DNA of 23,020 nt, from contig JBHIAI010000015.1 of NCBI GenBank assembly GCA_046861655.1, positions 1 through 23,020 on the forward strand, written 5' to 3'. The stretch is from Fidelibacterota bacterium (GTDB lineage: Bacteria > Fidelibacterota > Marinisomatia > Marinisomatales > S15-B10). The translations under genes were made by a program, and so were the position numbers. Numbering within the stretch: position 1 is the first letter of the stretch; each line of letters begins with the position of its first letter. Below are positions 7,945 through 19,531 of this stretch, piece after piece. Under the pieces are notes generated by a model. The model worked only from the letters and a program-made list of their open reading frames with translations. It was not told the origin of the DNA and did not search any database.

Positions 7945-8481
7945 TCAGAGTTCCTCAATGGTAATTTCCATGTTGGTGTAGATGCATATGTCCGCTGCGA
8001 TTCTTAGGGACCGTTCGACGATTTCCCGGGGAAGGGTGACATCACAGCTGATGAGAGCCTGGGCCGCGGCCTGGGCGTAGCCCGCCCCGGACCCGATAGC
8101 AATGACCGGCCCATCCGGTTCAACCACGTTTCCATCTCCCGACACCAGGAAACTCTCCTTGCGGTCCATGAGAGCCAGGAGGGCATCCAGATTCCTCAGG
8201 TACTTATCTGTTCGCCACTCTTTAGCGAGCTCCACCACTGACCGCTGAAGTTGACCGCCGTAGGCCTCCAGCTTTTCCTCAAACTTACCAAACAGAGTAA
8301 ATGCATCCGCCGCGGCCCCCGCAAATCCACCGAGAATGTCCCCCCGGGTGGACGTGAACTTCCTCACCTTTACGGCCTTCTGCTTCAACCGCATGTCTCC
8401 CATGGTCACCTGCCCGTCTCCACCGATAGCGGCCTGGTCATCCAGTCGAACGCCGATGATGGTTGTGGACTTAAGCCTCAT
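7945..8481 (-). CDS. hslV: ATP-dependent protease peptidase subunit HslV (ClpQ)
   Basis: Motifs [39 protein letters not shown] and [10 protein letters not shown]. Confidence 0.96.
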   Translation of the reverse strand: MRLKSTTIIGVRLDDQAAIGGDGQVTMGDMRLKQKAVKVRKFTSTRGDILGGFAGAAADAFTLFGKFEEKLEAYGGQLQRSVVELAKEWRTDKYLRNLDALLALMDRKESFLVSGDGNVVEPDGPVIAIGSGAGYAQAAAQALISCDVTLPREIVERSLRIAADICIYTNMEITIEEL

Positions 8482-9413
8482 TCAATCCTTCCCAGAAAAC
8501 GAAGGAAATCTCCGTCGGTGCTCAGGACCAGAACGGTTTCGTCATCCAGGGTTTGTTTGAAGATTTCCATGGTCTTAAAAAAGCGGTAGAATTCGGGGTC
8601 CCGGTTGTAGGCGGAAGCATAAATATCCGCCGCCTCTGCGTCGGCTTTTCCCTTGATCTCCTGGGCCCGGCGGTAGGCTTCCGAGGTAATCTCTTTTAAC
8701 TCCCTCTCTTTCTGACCGCTGATCCGGGCCGATTGGCCAGCTCCCTCGGAGCGAAACTGTTCCGCAATGCGCTGCCGCTCCGAAATCATCCGGGAGTAGA
8801 CCTCTCTGCGAACTTCCTCCACATAGTTGATTCTCTTGAACCGGAAGTCGAGGATCTCAACGCCCAGGTCTTCTGCCCGGGACCGGGCGGCAGCGAGAAC
8901 GTCTTTGGCCAGATTCGCCCGTCCCCGTTCAATGGTCTCCCGCCGGGTGTCTTCCTGCTTCCCCACTTCCTCCGTCACCTGAAACTCCCTGTTGGTGGAC
9001 CGGACCACCTCAATAAGGTCGTGACTGGCGACCACATCCCGGGTTTCCCCATCCAGTATGTCATCCAGACGGCTCTGGGCCGCGATCTCTGTCCGCAGCC
9101 GCTGGAAATACTTCAGGGGATCGTGGATCCTCCACCGGGCGTACGTGTCCACATGGATGAACCGCTTGTCCCGGGTGGGCACTTGATTGGTGACGCCATC
9201 CCATTCAAGAAAGCGCTTATCGAAATAGTTCGCTTTCTGGATGAACGGCAACTTAAGCTTCAGACCGGGTGTATCGATGGCCTCCCCTTTGGGCTCCCCG
9301 AACTGGGTGATAACCACCTGCTGGGTTTCGTCCACCACGAAAAAGGACCCGCCCAGAACCAGGACGACCAGCACAACGACAATGACGATGAGAACGCGAG
9401 CGGCAGCTTTCAT
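8478..9413 (-). CDS. hflC: FtsH modulator HflC (SPFH/band 7 family)
   Basis: N-terminal TM helix; FVVDETQQVVITQFGEP, RWRIHDPLKYF, RMISERQRIAEQFRSEG and DPEFYRF. SD GGAGGTGA; ATGA overlap with hflK. Confidence 0.93.
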   Translation of the reverse strand: MKAAARVLIVIVVVLVVLVLGGSFFVVDETQQVVITQFGEPKGEAIDTPGLKLKLPFIQKANYFDKRFLEWDGVTNQVPTRDKRFIHVDTYARWRIHDPLKYFQRLRTEIAAQSRLDDILDGETRDVVASHDLIEVVRSTNREFQVTEEVGKQEDTRRETIERGRANLAKDVLAAARSRAEDLGVEILDFRFKRINYVEEVRREVYSRMISERQRIAEQFRSEGAGQSARISGQKERELKEITSEAYRRAQEIKGKADAEAADIYASAYNRDPEFYRFFKTMEIFKQTLDDETVLVLSTDGDFLRFLGRIE

Positions 9414-10387
9414 GGCTTCACCTCCTTGGTCAGGGGTAAAAGGGGTAGAATCCCTTTGAGTTCCTTGTCCAGCACGATCTTCTGTTTCACCCGGGGATAA
9501 ATGTCCCCCATCGTCTCCAGATAAATTCGCCGCCGGGTCACCTCCGGTGCCCGCCTGTAGGCGGCCAGGAGATCCCGGAACAGGGCAGCGTCTCCCCTGG
9601 CCCGGTTGATGCGATCGGTGGCATAACCCTCCGCCTGCTGGATGGTCTGTTCCGCCTCGCCACTCGCCCGGGGGATAACCCGGTTGTACTCGGATTTCGC
9701 CTCGTTGATCATCCGTTCCTTTTCCTGCTGGGCCTGGTTCACCTCGTTGAAAGCGGGCCTCACCGGATCTGGAGGATTCACGTCCTTCAACACAACTTGA
9801 TCCACGGTAAGCCCGGTCTCATACTGATTACACAGCTCCTGGAGCTCCCGCTGGGCCGTGGAGGCGATCTCCTGCCTCCCTATGGTCAGCACCTCGTTCA
9901 CGCTCCGGTCGCCCACCACCTCCCGCATAACCGCTTCCGTCATATCCCGGAACGTGTCTCCCAGGTTTCTGACCTTGAACAGGAACTTGTACGGATCCGT
10001 CACCCGGTATTGCACCGTCCATTCCACCACGGCTACGTTCAGATCCCCCGTGAGCATGAGAGATTCATCCCGGGTGATGCCCCGGACATATTCTGTCCTG
10101 ACTCCCGCCCGTTCGGTGCGAAATCCGAACTCCTGCTTCAGTTGCCTCTGAACGGGTACTTTCTGGACAGTCTGAATGGGCCGGGGCCACTTGAATTGCA
10201 GGCCGGGCTCGGCCAGGCGGGCGTACCGGCCAAATGTCAACACCACACCCACCTCTTCGGGTTGAACCGTAAAGACAGCACTCCATACCATAAGGACGGC
10301 CAGAATAATCAGGACGATCGTTACCCATCCCACGTTTGGCGTGGGTATGGTTACCTCCATGTCCCCCACAACAATCTTACGGGCCAT
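9410..10387 (-). CDS. hflK: FtsH modulator HflK (SPFH/band 7 family)
   Basis: TM helix; ESLMLTGDLN, VQYRVTDP, VNPPDPVRPAFNEV and APEVTRRRIYLETM. SD GAGGAGGT. Confidence 0.93.
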   Translation of the reverse strand: MARKIVVGDMEVTIPTPNVGWVTIVLIILAVLMVWSAVFTVQPEEVGVVLTFGRYARLAEPGLQFKWPRPIQTVQKVPVQRQLKQEFGFRTERAGVRTEYVRGITRDESLMLTGDLNVAVVEWTVQYRVTDPYKFLFKVRNLGDTFRDMTEAVMREVVGDRSVNEVLTIGRQEIASTAQRELQELCNQYETGLTVDQVVLKDVNPPDPVRPAFNEVNQAQQEKERMINEAKSEYNRVIPRASGEAEQTIQQAEGYATDRINRARGDAALFRDLLAAYRRAPEVTRRRIYLETMGDIYPRVKQKIVLDKELKGILPLLPLTKEVKP

Positions 10388-10436
10388 AGTCTACCTCCTC
10401 ATCACGTTGCACTACAGTTGAAAACGATTCCTCAGG

Positions 10437-11813
10437 TCAAAGTTCCCGTCTCAGGCGAGCCACGGGAATCTTCATCTGTTCCCGGTATTTGGCCACCGTA
10501 CGACGGGCAATAACATAACCTTTATTCTTCATAATGTCTGCAAGCTTATCATCGGAATACGGAGCTCGCTTGTCCTCTTTTTCGATCACTCTTCTGAGTT
10601 CCTCCCTGACAATCCTGGTGGATACCTCCTCCCCGTCCCGGGTGGACAAACCCTCGGAGAAGAAATACTTTAACTCAAATGTGCCGTATGGGGTCTGAAC
10701 ATACTTGCCCCGGGTCACCCGGCTGATGGTAGAAACATCCATACCGATCTTCTCGGCAATATCCTTCAGGATCATCGGTTTCAGGGTGGACGTATCCCCC
10801 GCGAAGAAATCCTCCTGATGATGGATGATGGCTTTCATCACCTTGAGCATGGTGATCTGCCGTTGCTGCACTGCCTGTATGAACCACCGGGCAGCCTCCA
10901 GCTTCTTCCGGAGAAACTTTCTCGCTTCAGGATCGGCGTTATCGTTTCCCTCCAGAATTCTCAGGTACACCGGCGACATCTGAAGTTCGGGAATCCGGGA
11001 ATCATTCACCGTCACCACCAACTCACCCTCAACCCGCTCCACGATGAGATCGGGAACGATGTAATCGGCGTCGGAGGTGGGGGCACCCTCCCCCGGTTTG
11101 GGATTCAGATGGGATATGACCTCCACGGCTCTGTTCAACTCCTCCTGCGAGCAACCGGTAGCCTCCTGCAATCTCTCGAACCTGCGATTGGCAAAATCAT
11201 CGAAATGCTCCGAAACGATTCTCAGAGCAAGCTCATTGTTTCCACCCTCATTCAGCTGAACCCGGAGGCATTCCTGGAGATTCCTCGCACCGATACCCAC
11301 GGGATCCAGTCTCTGGACTTTCTTAAGAACCTCCTCAACCGTGGCCGTGGAAACCCCCAGCCTGTGGGCGATTAGCTCCACATCGGTGGCCAGATAACCC
11401 CGCTCGTCAATATTCCAGGCAATTTCCTCCGCAACGGGCCGCTGCTCATCAGAGACGTCCATCATCCGGATCTGATCCAGCAGCCGGTCCACGGGATCGA
11501 GCCGGTCGGGCAGGGGGACTTCCCTGCGCTCCCGGGTCGTATCGTGACGGCTCCGGATCCTGAAGTCATCAGGACTGTTGGTCAAATCCTCCCAGTCCAC
11601 CCCATCTTCGCCGACTTCGGTTTCCTCATCAACGGGAGTTTCTTCTTCTTTTTCGGGCTGGGGCTCTTTCACCTCCAGGAGAGGGTTCTCCGCAAGCTCC
11701 TGGGCGATCCTCTCTTCCAGGTCAACGGTGTTGACCTGAAGCAGAACGGTCTGAAGGATCTGCTGGGGCGTCAGTTTCTGGCGCTGTTCCAGTACCTGTT
11801 TGAGTTCAGCCAT
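10437..11813 (-). CDS. rpoN: RNA polymerase sigma-54 factor
   Basis: Q/L-rich region I, DPVGIGARNLQECL, HTH LKDIAEKIGMDVSTISR and RpoN box ARRTVAKYRE. Confidence 0.98.
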   Translation of the reverse strand: MAELKQVLEQRQKLTPQQILQTVLLQVNTVDLEERIAQELAENPLLEVKEPQPEKEEETPVDEETEVGEDGVDWEDLTNSPDDFRIRSRHDTTRERREVPLPDRLDPVDRLLDQIRMMDVSDEQRPVAEEIAWNIDERGYLATDVELIAHRLGVSTATVEEVLKKVQRLDPVGIGARNLQECLRVQLNEGGNNELALRIVSEHFDDFANRRFERLQEATGCSQEELNRAVEVISHLNPKPGEGAPTSDADYIVPDLIVERVEGELVVTVNDSRIPELQMSPVYLRILEGNDNADPEARKFLRKKLEAARWFIQAVQQRQITMLKVMKAIIHHQEDFFAGDTSTLKPMILKDIAEKIGMDVSTISRVTRGKYVQTPYGTFELKYFFSEGLSTRDGEEVSTRIVREELRRVIEKEDKRAPYSDDKLADIMKNKGYVIARRTVAKYREQMKIPVARLRREL

Positions 11814-11865
11814 CTTTATTTACCGCAATTCTCTTGTTGATCCCTGGGGTTCACGAAGAGTCAGG

Positions 11866-12612
11866 CTAATTCAACCTGAAACTCCTGCCCAGATACAGCT
11901 TTCTTGCATCCGGATCGTTTGCCAGGAATTCCGCCGATCCCGATTTAAGGATCTGCCCGTCATACAGAAGATAAGCCCGGTCGGTTATGGACAAGGTCTC
12001 TCTCACATTGTGATCCGTGATCAACACGCCGATGTTTCGTTCTTTCAGGGAACGAACAATCGCCTGAATATCTTCCACTGCAATGGGATCGATTCCGGCA
12101 AAGGGCTCGTCCAGAAGCATGAAATCAGGCTCCAGAACCAACGCACGGCATATCTCCGTTCGACGCCTTTCACCCCCGGAAAGGTTGTGCCCCTTGCTTT
12201 TCCGGATGGCCGTAATCGAGAGATCCTCAAGGAGGGATTCCAGTTTCTCTTCCCTCTCCTCCCTGGTCAGATCGGTCATCTCCAAGACCAGCCTGAGATT
12301 TTCTTCCACCGATAGTTTGGCAAAAATGGACGGCTCCTGGGCCAAATAACCTATGCCCGCCCTGGCTCGTTTGTACATGGGAAATTCTGTGACGTCTGTC
12401 CCTTTTAGAAACACTCTCCCGCCACTGGGTTTGAGCCTGCCGGTCATGATGTAAAATGTCGTGGTCTTTCCAGCGCCGTTGGGCCCCAGTAACCCCACAA
12501 TCTCGCCCTTGGCCAGTTCCAAACTTACCCCCCTGACCACCGTTTTCTTCCCGTAGACCTTTTGCAGGTTTTCGGCCCGAAGAACGGCGTTTTCTGACCT
12601 GTGGTTTTCCAC
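11866..12612 (-). CDS. lptB: LPS export ABC transporter ATP-binding protein
   Basis: Motifs GPNGAGKTT, YLAQEPSIF, LSGGERRR, LLDEPFAGIDP and ITDHNVRETL. Located upstream of rpoN. Confidence 0.96.
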   Translation of the reverse strand: MENHRSENAVLRAENLQKVYGKKTVVRGVSLELAKGEIVGLLGPNGAGKTTTFYIMTGRLKPSGGRVFLKGTDVTEFPMYKRARAGIGYLAQEPSIFAKLSVEENLRLVLEMTDLTREEREEKLESLLEDLSITAIRKSKGHNLSGGERRRTEICRALVLEPDFMLLDEPFAGIDPIAVEDIQAIVRSLKERNIGVLITDHNVRETLSITDRAYLLYDGQILKSGSAEFLANDPDARKLYLGRSFRLN

Positions 12613-12615
12613 CTC

Positions 12616-13140
12616 CTACTGCTCCGTTACTCCCCAGGGTTCGAATATCTTCCAGTGCGTAAGATCCACGTTGGACTCAAAGCCAATCCCGTACAGTGTG
12701 TCATCGGTTTCGGTGGTGAGCATGACCGAATCCCGGGTCGTTATCATTTCCGCCTGGTTGTCCCAGTAAAGGGAATCGGTGTAAAGGGTCACCCCGCTGT
12801 CTGAGATAACCACCACATCCTCCAGGGCGAGAAGGTTATCCGAAGCCTCAAATACCCTGGCCTCCCGGGAGGTCAGCCGGGACATGTGCTCTTCAAGAAT
12901 GGAAAAGAAGTTGGCGGTGACCTTTTCATCCAGGATGACTTCCTGCTTGTCGTTGTATTTGGCCAGATGGCCGGACTCCACAACCGCCCGCTTCTTCCCT
13001 TCCCGGGTAAGGATGATGGTAACATTCCAGCTTTCCTGATCCGGAAAGTCGGCCCGAGTCAGACCCATGCCTCCCTCCTGGTCCCGGGAACATCCTGCCA
13101 GGAAAACCACCAGCACTCCCGTCACCAGCCGTCCACTCAT
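12616..13140 (-). CDS. lptC: LPS export periplasmic protein LptC, with an N-terminal lipobox
   Basis: Beta-jellyroll-like strand pattern (LYTDSLYWD..ITT..LYGIGFESN) and position between kdsD and lptB. Signal peptide ends LAGC. Confidence 0.8.
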   Translation of the reverse strand: MSGRLVTGVLVVFLAGCSRDQEGGMGLTRADFPDQESWNVTIILTREGKKRAVVESGHLAKYNDKQEVILDEKVTANFFSILEEHMSRLTSREARVFEASDNLLALEDVVVISDSGVTLYTDSLYWDNQAEMITTRDSVMLTTETDDTLYGIGFESNVDLTHWKIFEPWGVTEQ

Positions 13141-14123
13141 AGGATTCCCAGCTTCAGAATATCGTGGATATGGACAATTCCTTCCGGCATCCCCCGGGCC
13201 TGGTTGTTCCTGTACACGAACAGACTGGTGATGGAATGTTTTTCCATGATTTCCAGGGCGTTAATGGCAAGGGTGTCCTCACTGACACACTTGGGATTCC
13301 GGGTCATAAGGGAACTCGCCGTCTTGTTCAGGATGTTGTCGTCTTTTTCCACGGCCCGCCGGATGTCCCCATCCGTGATGATACCGGCCAGCTTGTTGTT
13401 CCCCTCCATCACAATGGCCACACCCAGACGCTTTTCACTGATCGTGAGAAGGGTCGACTTGACGTCCGTGTCGACCGTCACCACAGGCAATTCATCACCC
13501 GTATGCATGATTTCTCTGGACGTCAGGAGCAGACGTTTCCCCAGGGAACCCCCAGGGTGAAGGAGGGCGAAATCCTCCTGCTGAAATCCTCTCTTTTCCA
13601 GGAGAGCAACCGCCAGGGCATCGCCCATGGCCAGAGTAGCCGTGGTGCTGGCCGTCGGAGCCAGATCCAGGGTACAGGCTTCCCGTTCAACACTGGTATC
13701 GATGGCCACAGTCGCCTGGGCGGCAATACTGGAATCCTTCCGCCCCACCAGGGCGATTACCGGGACTCCCAGCCGGGAGAAAGCAGGCATGAGCTGGAGG
13801 ATTTCATGGGTTTCCCCGCGGTTGGAGATGGCCAGAATGATGTCGCTCTTGGTCACCATTCCCAGATCGCCGTGAATGGCTTCACCGGGATGGAGAAACT
13901 GAGAAGGTGTTCCCGTACTGGCAAGGGTGGAAGCGATTTTCTGGGAGATGAGACCCGATTTCCCCAGGCCCGTAACCACCACTCGGCCCTGACAGTGAAA
14001 AATGAGTTCAACCGCCTTGTCGAAGGATTCATCCAGCCTCTCCTGAAGCTTGAATACGGCCTCGGCCTCGATTCTCAATACCTCACGGCCTACCTTAATG
14101 TTAGTTTCGTTGCTTCGACCCAT
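13137..14123 (-). CDS. kdsD: Arabinose-5-phosphate isomerase (KpsF/GutQ family, SIS + 2 CBS domains)
   Basis: Motifs GLGKSG, STGTP..HPGEAIHGDLG, LAPTASTT, HPGGSLG and GIITDGDIRR. SD AGGAGG. Confidence 0.95.
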   Translation of the reverse strand: MGRSNETNIKVGREVLRIEAEAVFKLQERLDESFDKAVELIFHCQGRVVVTGLGKSGLISQKIASTLASTGTPSQFLHPGEAIHGDLGMVTKSDIILAISNRGETHEILQLMPAFSRLGVPVIALVGRKDSSIAAQATVAIDTSVEREACTLDLAPTASTTATLAMGDALAVALLEKRGFQQEDFALLHPGGSLGKRLLLTSREIMHTGDELPVVTVDTDVKSTLLTISEKRLGVAIVMEGNNKLAGIITDGDIRRAVEKDDNILNKTASSLMTRNPKCVSEDTLAINALEIMEKHSITSLFVYRNNQARGMPEGIVHIHDILKLGIL

Positions 14124-14131
14124 AGCTCCTC

Positions 14132-14663
14132 CTAACTATCCGAGGATATTCGTCGCTGAAGTTTTTCCACGGCAGATACAAGGATTCCCTTTCCCTCAAG
14201 TATGATCTCCACCGCTTCCCTGAATGCCCCTTCTCCTCCCCGGGCTCGAGTCGTGAATTTGGCCACGGCTTTGACCAGGGGATGGCTGTTGGCCACGGCG
14301 ACGGGCAGTCCCACTTGTTCCATGATCTCAAGATCGATGATGTCATCCCCCACGTAGGCCGCCTCCTCATCCCTGAACCCGTACCGGCTCTTGAGTTCCT
14401 TCAGCACGGCCACCTTGTCCAGCCTGCCCTGATAGCAGTCGTCTTCCAAACGCAGTTCCCTGGCCCGCTGCTCGGTGGCGGGAGAATACCGGCCCGAAAC
14501 GATGACCACCTTGAGTCCTCCCGCCCTTGCCAGGAACGCCCCGGCGCCGTCCAGAATGCTGAACCGCTTGAGCTCCAGCCCGTCATTCCCGGTGTAGATG
14601 GTCCCGTCCGTCAGAACACCGTCCACATCGGTCAGAATGATCTTGATCTTCCCGATGGATTCC

Positions 14664-14680
<17 letters not shown>
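14132..14680 (-). CDS. kdsC: KDO-8-phosphate phosphatase (HAD family)
   Basis: Motifs DVDGVLTDG, VSGR, GDDIID and GGEGAFRE. GTG 14680 with GGAGGT 7 nt upstream is preferred; ATG 14695 is the alternative. Confidence 0.92.
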
Positions 14681-17854
<3,174 letters not shown>

Positions 17855-17858
<4 letters not shown>

Positions 17859-18163
17859 TGTGACGTGTCGACTACCTTGGGCACGATAAAGAACTTTCCG
17901 TCCGACTCCGGTGCGTTGGAAAGGGCCTCCTCCCTGGATAAGGAGGGACCCGTCACGTCTTCCCGTAAGACGTTGACCAGATCAAGAACGTGACTCAAGG
18001 GCTCTACCTTGTCCGTATCCAGTTCATTGAGCTGGTCCATATACGTCAGGATTTCGTTGAATTGGGCGGTGTAGGTCTCCACTTCCTTGTCCGTGAGTTT
18101 CAGGTTGGCCAGAGAGGCTATCCTCAGAACATCTTTCCGGGTGACTTTTTCCTTCTTGCCCAT
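17855..18163 (-). CDS. gatC: Asp/Glu-tRNA amidotransferase subunit C
   Basis: Motifs VLRIASLANL, ILTYMDQLNELDT..VEPL, NVLRED and ALSNAP..FFIVPKV; 102 aa. Confidence 0.93.
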
Positions 18164-18178
18164 GGGTGGAGCCGTCCT

Positions 18179-18195
18179 TACAACTATCGTGCCAG
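18179..18195 (-). promoter_or_regulatory. Sigma54 -24/-12-like binding site upstream of gatC
   Basis: Minus strand CTGGCACGATAGTTGTA versus consensus YTGGCACGrNNNTTGCW: one mismatch (C to T at -12) with correct spacing. Confidence 0.6.
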
Positions 18196-18199
18196 TTTG

Positions 18200-18228
18200 A
18201 ATTTAGGTGTCTACTGGTGGCAAATCAA
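18200..18228 (-). promoter_or_regulatory. Putative sigma70 promoter of the gatC-kds-lpt-rpoN operon
   Basis: Minus strand TTGATT (18228-18223), 17 nt, TAAATT (18205-18200). Confidence 0.5.
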
Positions 18229-18250
18229 GGGAAAGGACGGAACAGAGAAT

Positions 18251-19531
18251 CTATTCGTATCTCAACGACTGGATGGGATCGAGCCGGGCAGCCCGGTAGG
18301 CGGGATACCCTCCGAATACCGTTCCCACCAGGGAACAGATGACAAGACCGTAGATCACCCAGTCCACCGGGATTTCAGCAGGAACGTGGAACAGGAGGCT
18401 CACCACATTGCCGCCGAGGACACCCAGGGCAATACCCACAAGGCCGCCGAATTCACTCAAGAAGACCGCTTCCATGAGGAACTGGGTGAGGACGTGCTTG
18501 CGGGTAGCCCCCACGGCCTTGCGGATGCCTATCTCCTTGATCCGTTCCGTCACCGATACCAGCATGATATTCATGATGCCGATGCCGGCCACCACCAGGG
18601 CAATGATGCTGATGACGAAAGCGAACATTTTGACCCCGGCTGTGAACCGTCCGAAGGCCTCCATCAGGGATTCGTTGGAGGTGACCTCGAAATCGTTTTC
18701 GGCAGCGGGCGGCAGTTTTCTTACGGCCCGGAGAATACCGATCACCTCGTCCCGGGTGCGATCGTACGTCTCAGCCGATTCTGCTTCGACGGTAATGACC
18801 ACAGATGTCCGAGGGTCCCCGAAGGATTCCATGAATACGGTGATGGGGATCGCCGCAAAGTTGTCCTGGCTTTCCCCAAACATCTGTCCCTGGCGTTCGG
18901 CCGTGCCCACCACGCGGTACCGGTTCCCCCCAACGGTCACCCTTTTTCCCAGGGGATCCTCGAAGGGAAAAAGAATATCCACCACGTCCATACCCAACAC
19001 ACACACCTTACGCGAAAACCGGATGTCGTCTTCCGTGATGTTACGGCCATGGCCGATATAGGTATTGTAGTTGTGAAGGGTCCACTGGTCGCCCCCGTAA
19101 ATCACCACGTTCCGTTTGGTGGCGCGATCCTCATATCTTACGGCCTCTCCCCATTCGGTGTCCCCGACAGAAATCGCCCTGGGGAGCCGGGCCCGGCGCT
19201 TCAGGTCCTCGAACTGCTCCAGAGTAATATTGGGGCGGTTCCGGTATTTCCTCCGGGCATGCCATCCCACCTGGACAGCCGGATATTTCTGGACAGCAAA
19301 GGTGTTGGACCCAAAAATGTTCAGGCCCTGTTGAATGGATGACTCCAGGGTCCGGATGGCGGTCATGACACCCACCACCGAAAACACCCCGATGACCACA
19401 CCCAGGAGGGTCAATCCGGACCGGAGTTTGTTCCCCCGGATAGCATCCCAGGCCATCCCCAGGCTCTCTCCCAGTTCCAGGAATACCAGACGTAGAAAGA
19501 TGCCGGGGGATCTCCGCGACGACCTATTCAT
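18251..19531 (-). CDS. MacB/FtsX-family ABC transporter permease
   Basis: NKLRSGLTLLGVVIGV, large periplasmic domain, GIGIMNIMLVSVTERIKEIGIRKAVGA and C-terminal DPIQSLRYE. Confidence 0.93.
   Translation of the reverse strand: MNRSSRRSPGIFLRLVFLELGESLGMAWDAIRGNKLRSGLTLLGVVIGVFSVVGVMTAIRTLESSIQQGLNIFGSNTFAVQKYPAVQVGWHARRKYRNRPNITLEQFEDLKRRARLPRAISVGDTEWGEAVRYEDRATKRNVVIYGGDQWTLHNYNTYIGHGRNITEDDIRFSRKVCVLGMDVVDILFPFEDPLGKRVTVGGNRYRVVGTAERQGQMFGESQDNFAAIPITVFMESFGDPRTSVVITVEAESAETYDRTRDEVIGILRAVRKLPPAAENDFEVTSNESLMEAFGRFTAGVKMFAFVISIIALVVAGIGIMNIMLVSVTERIKEIGIRKAVGATRKHVLTQFLMEAVFLSEFGGLVGIALGVLGGNVVSLLFHVPAEIPVDWVIYGLVICSLVGTVFGGYPAYRAARLDPIQSLRYE

Larger units (their letters stand above)
18172..18240. 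repeat. 8-bp perfect inverted repeat bracketing the gatC promoter region
   Basis: CCGTCCTT at 18172-18179 and AAGGACGG at 18233-18240, 53 nt apart. An inner CCAGT/ACTGG pair lies at 18192-18196 and 18213-18217. Confidence 0.55.

Noticed and set aside
10411..10440. TTGACC-18-TGTAGT as an internal promoter for hflK; also looked for CIRCE and sigma32 motifs
   Set aside because: The -10 lacks the conserved A, and no CIRCE inverted repeat or CCCCAT element is present.
13164..14135. 323-aa + strand ORF, and similar antisense ORFs at 8733-9500, 9797-10513, 17046-17723 and 20760-21584
   Set aside because: They lie opposite well-supported conserved genes, have H/G/P-rich shadow composition and show no family signatures.
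17990..19342. 450-aa + strand ORF
   Set aside because: Antisense shadow of the permease and gatC with no recognisable motifs. Long antisense frames are expected with GC-rich codon usage.
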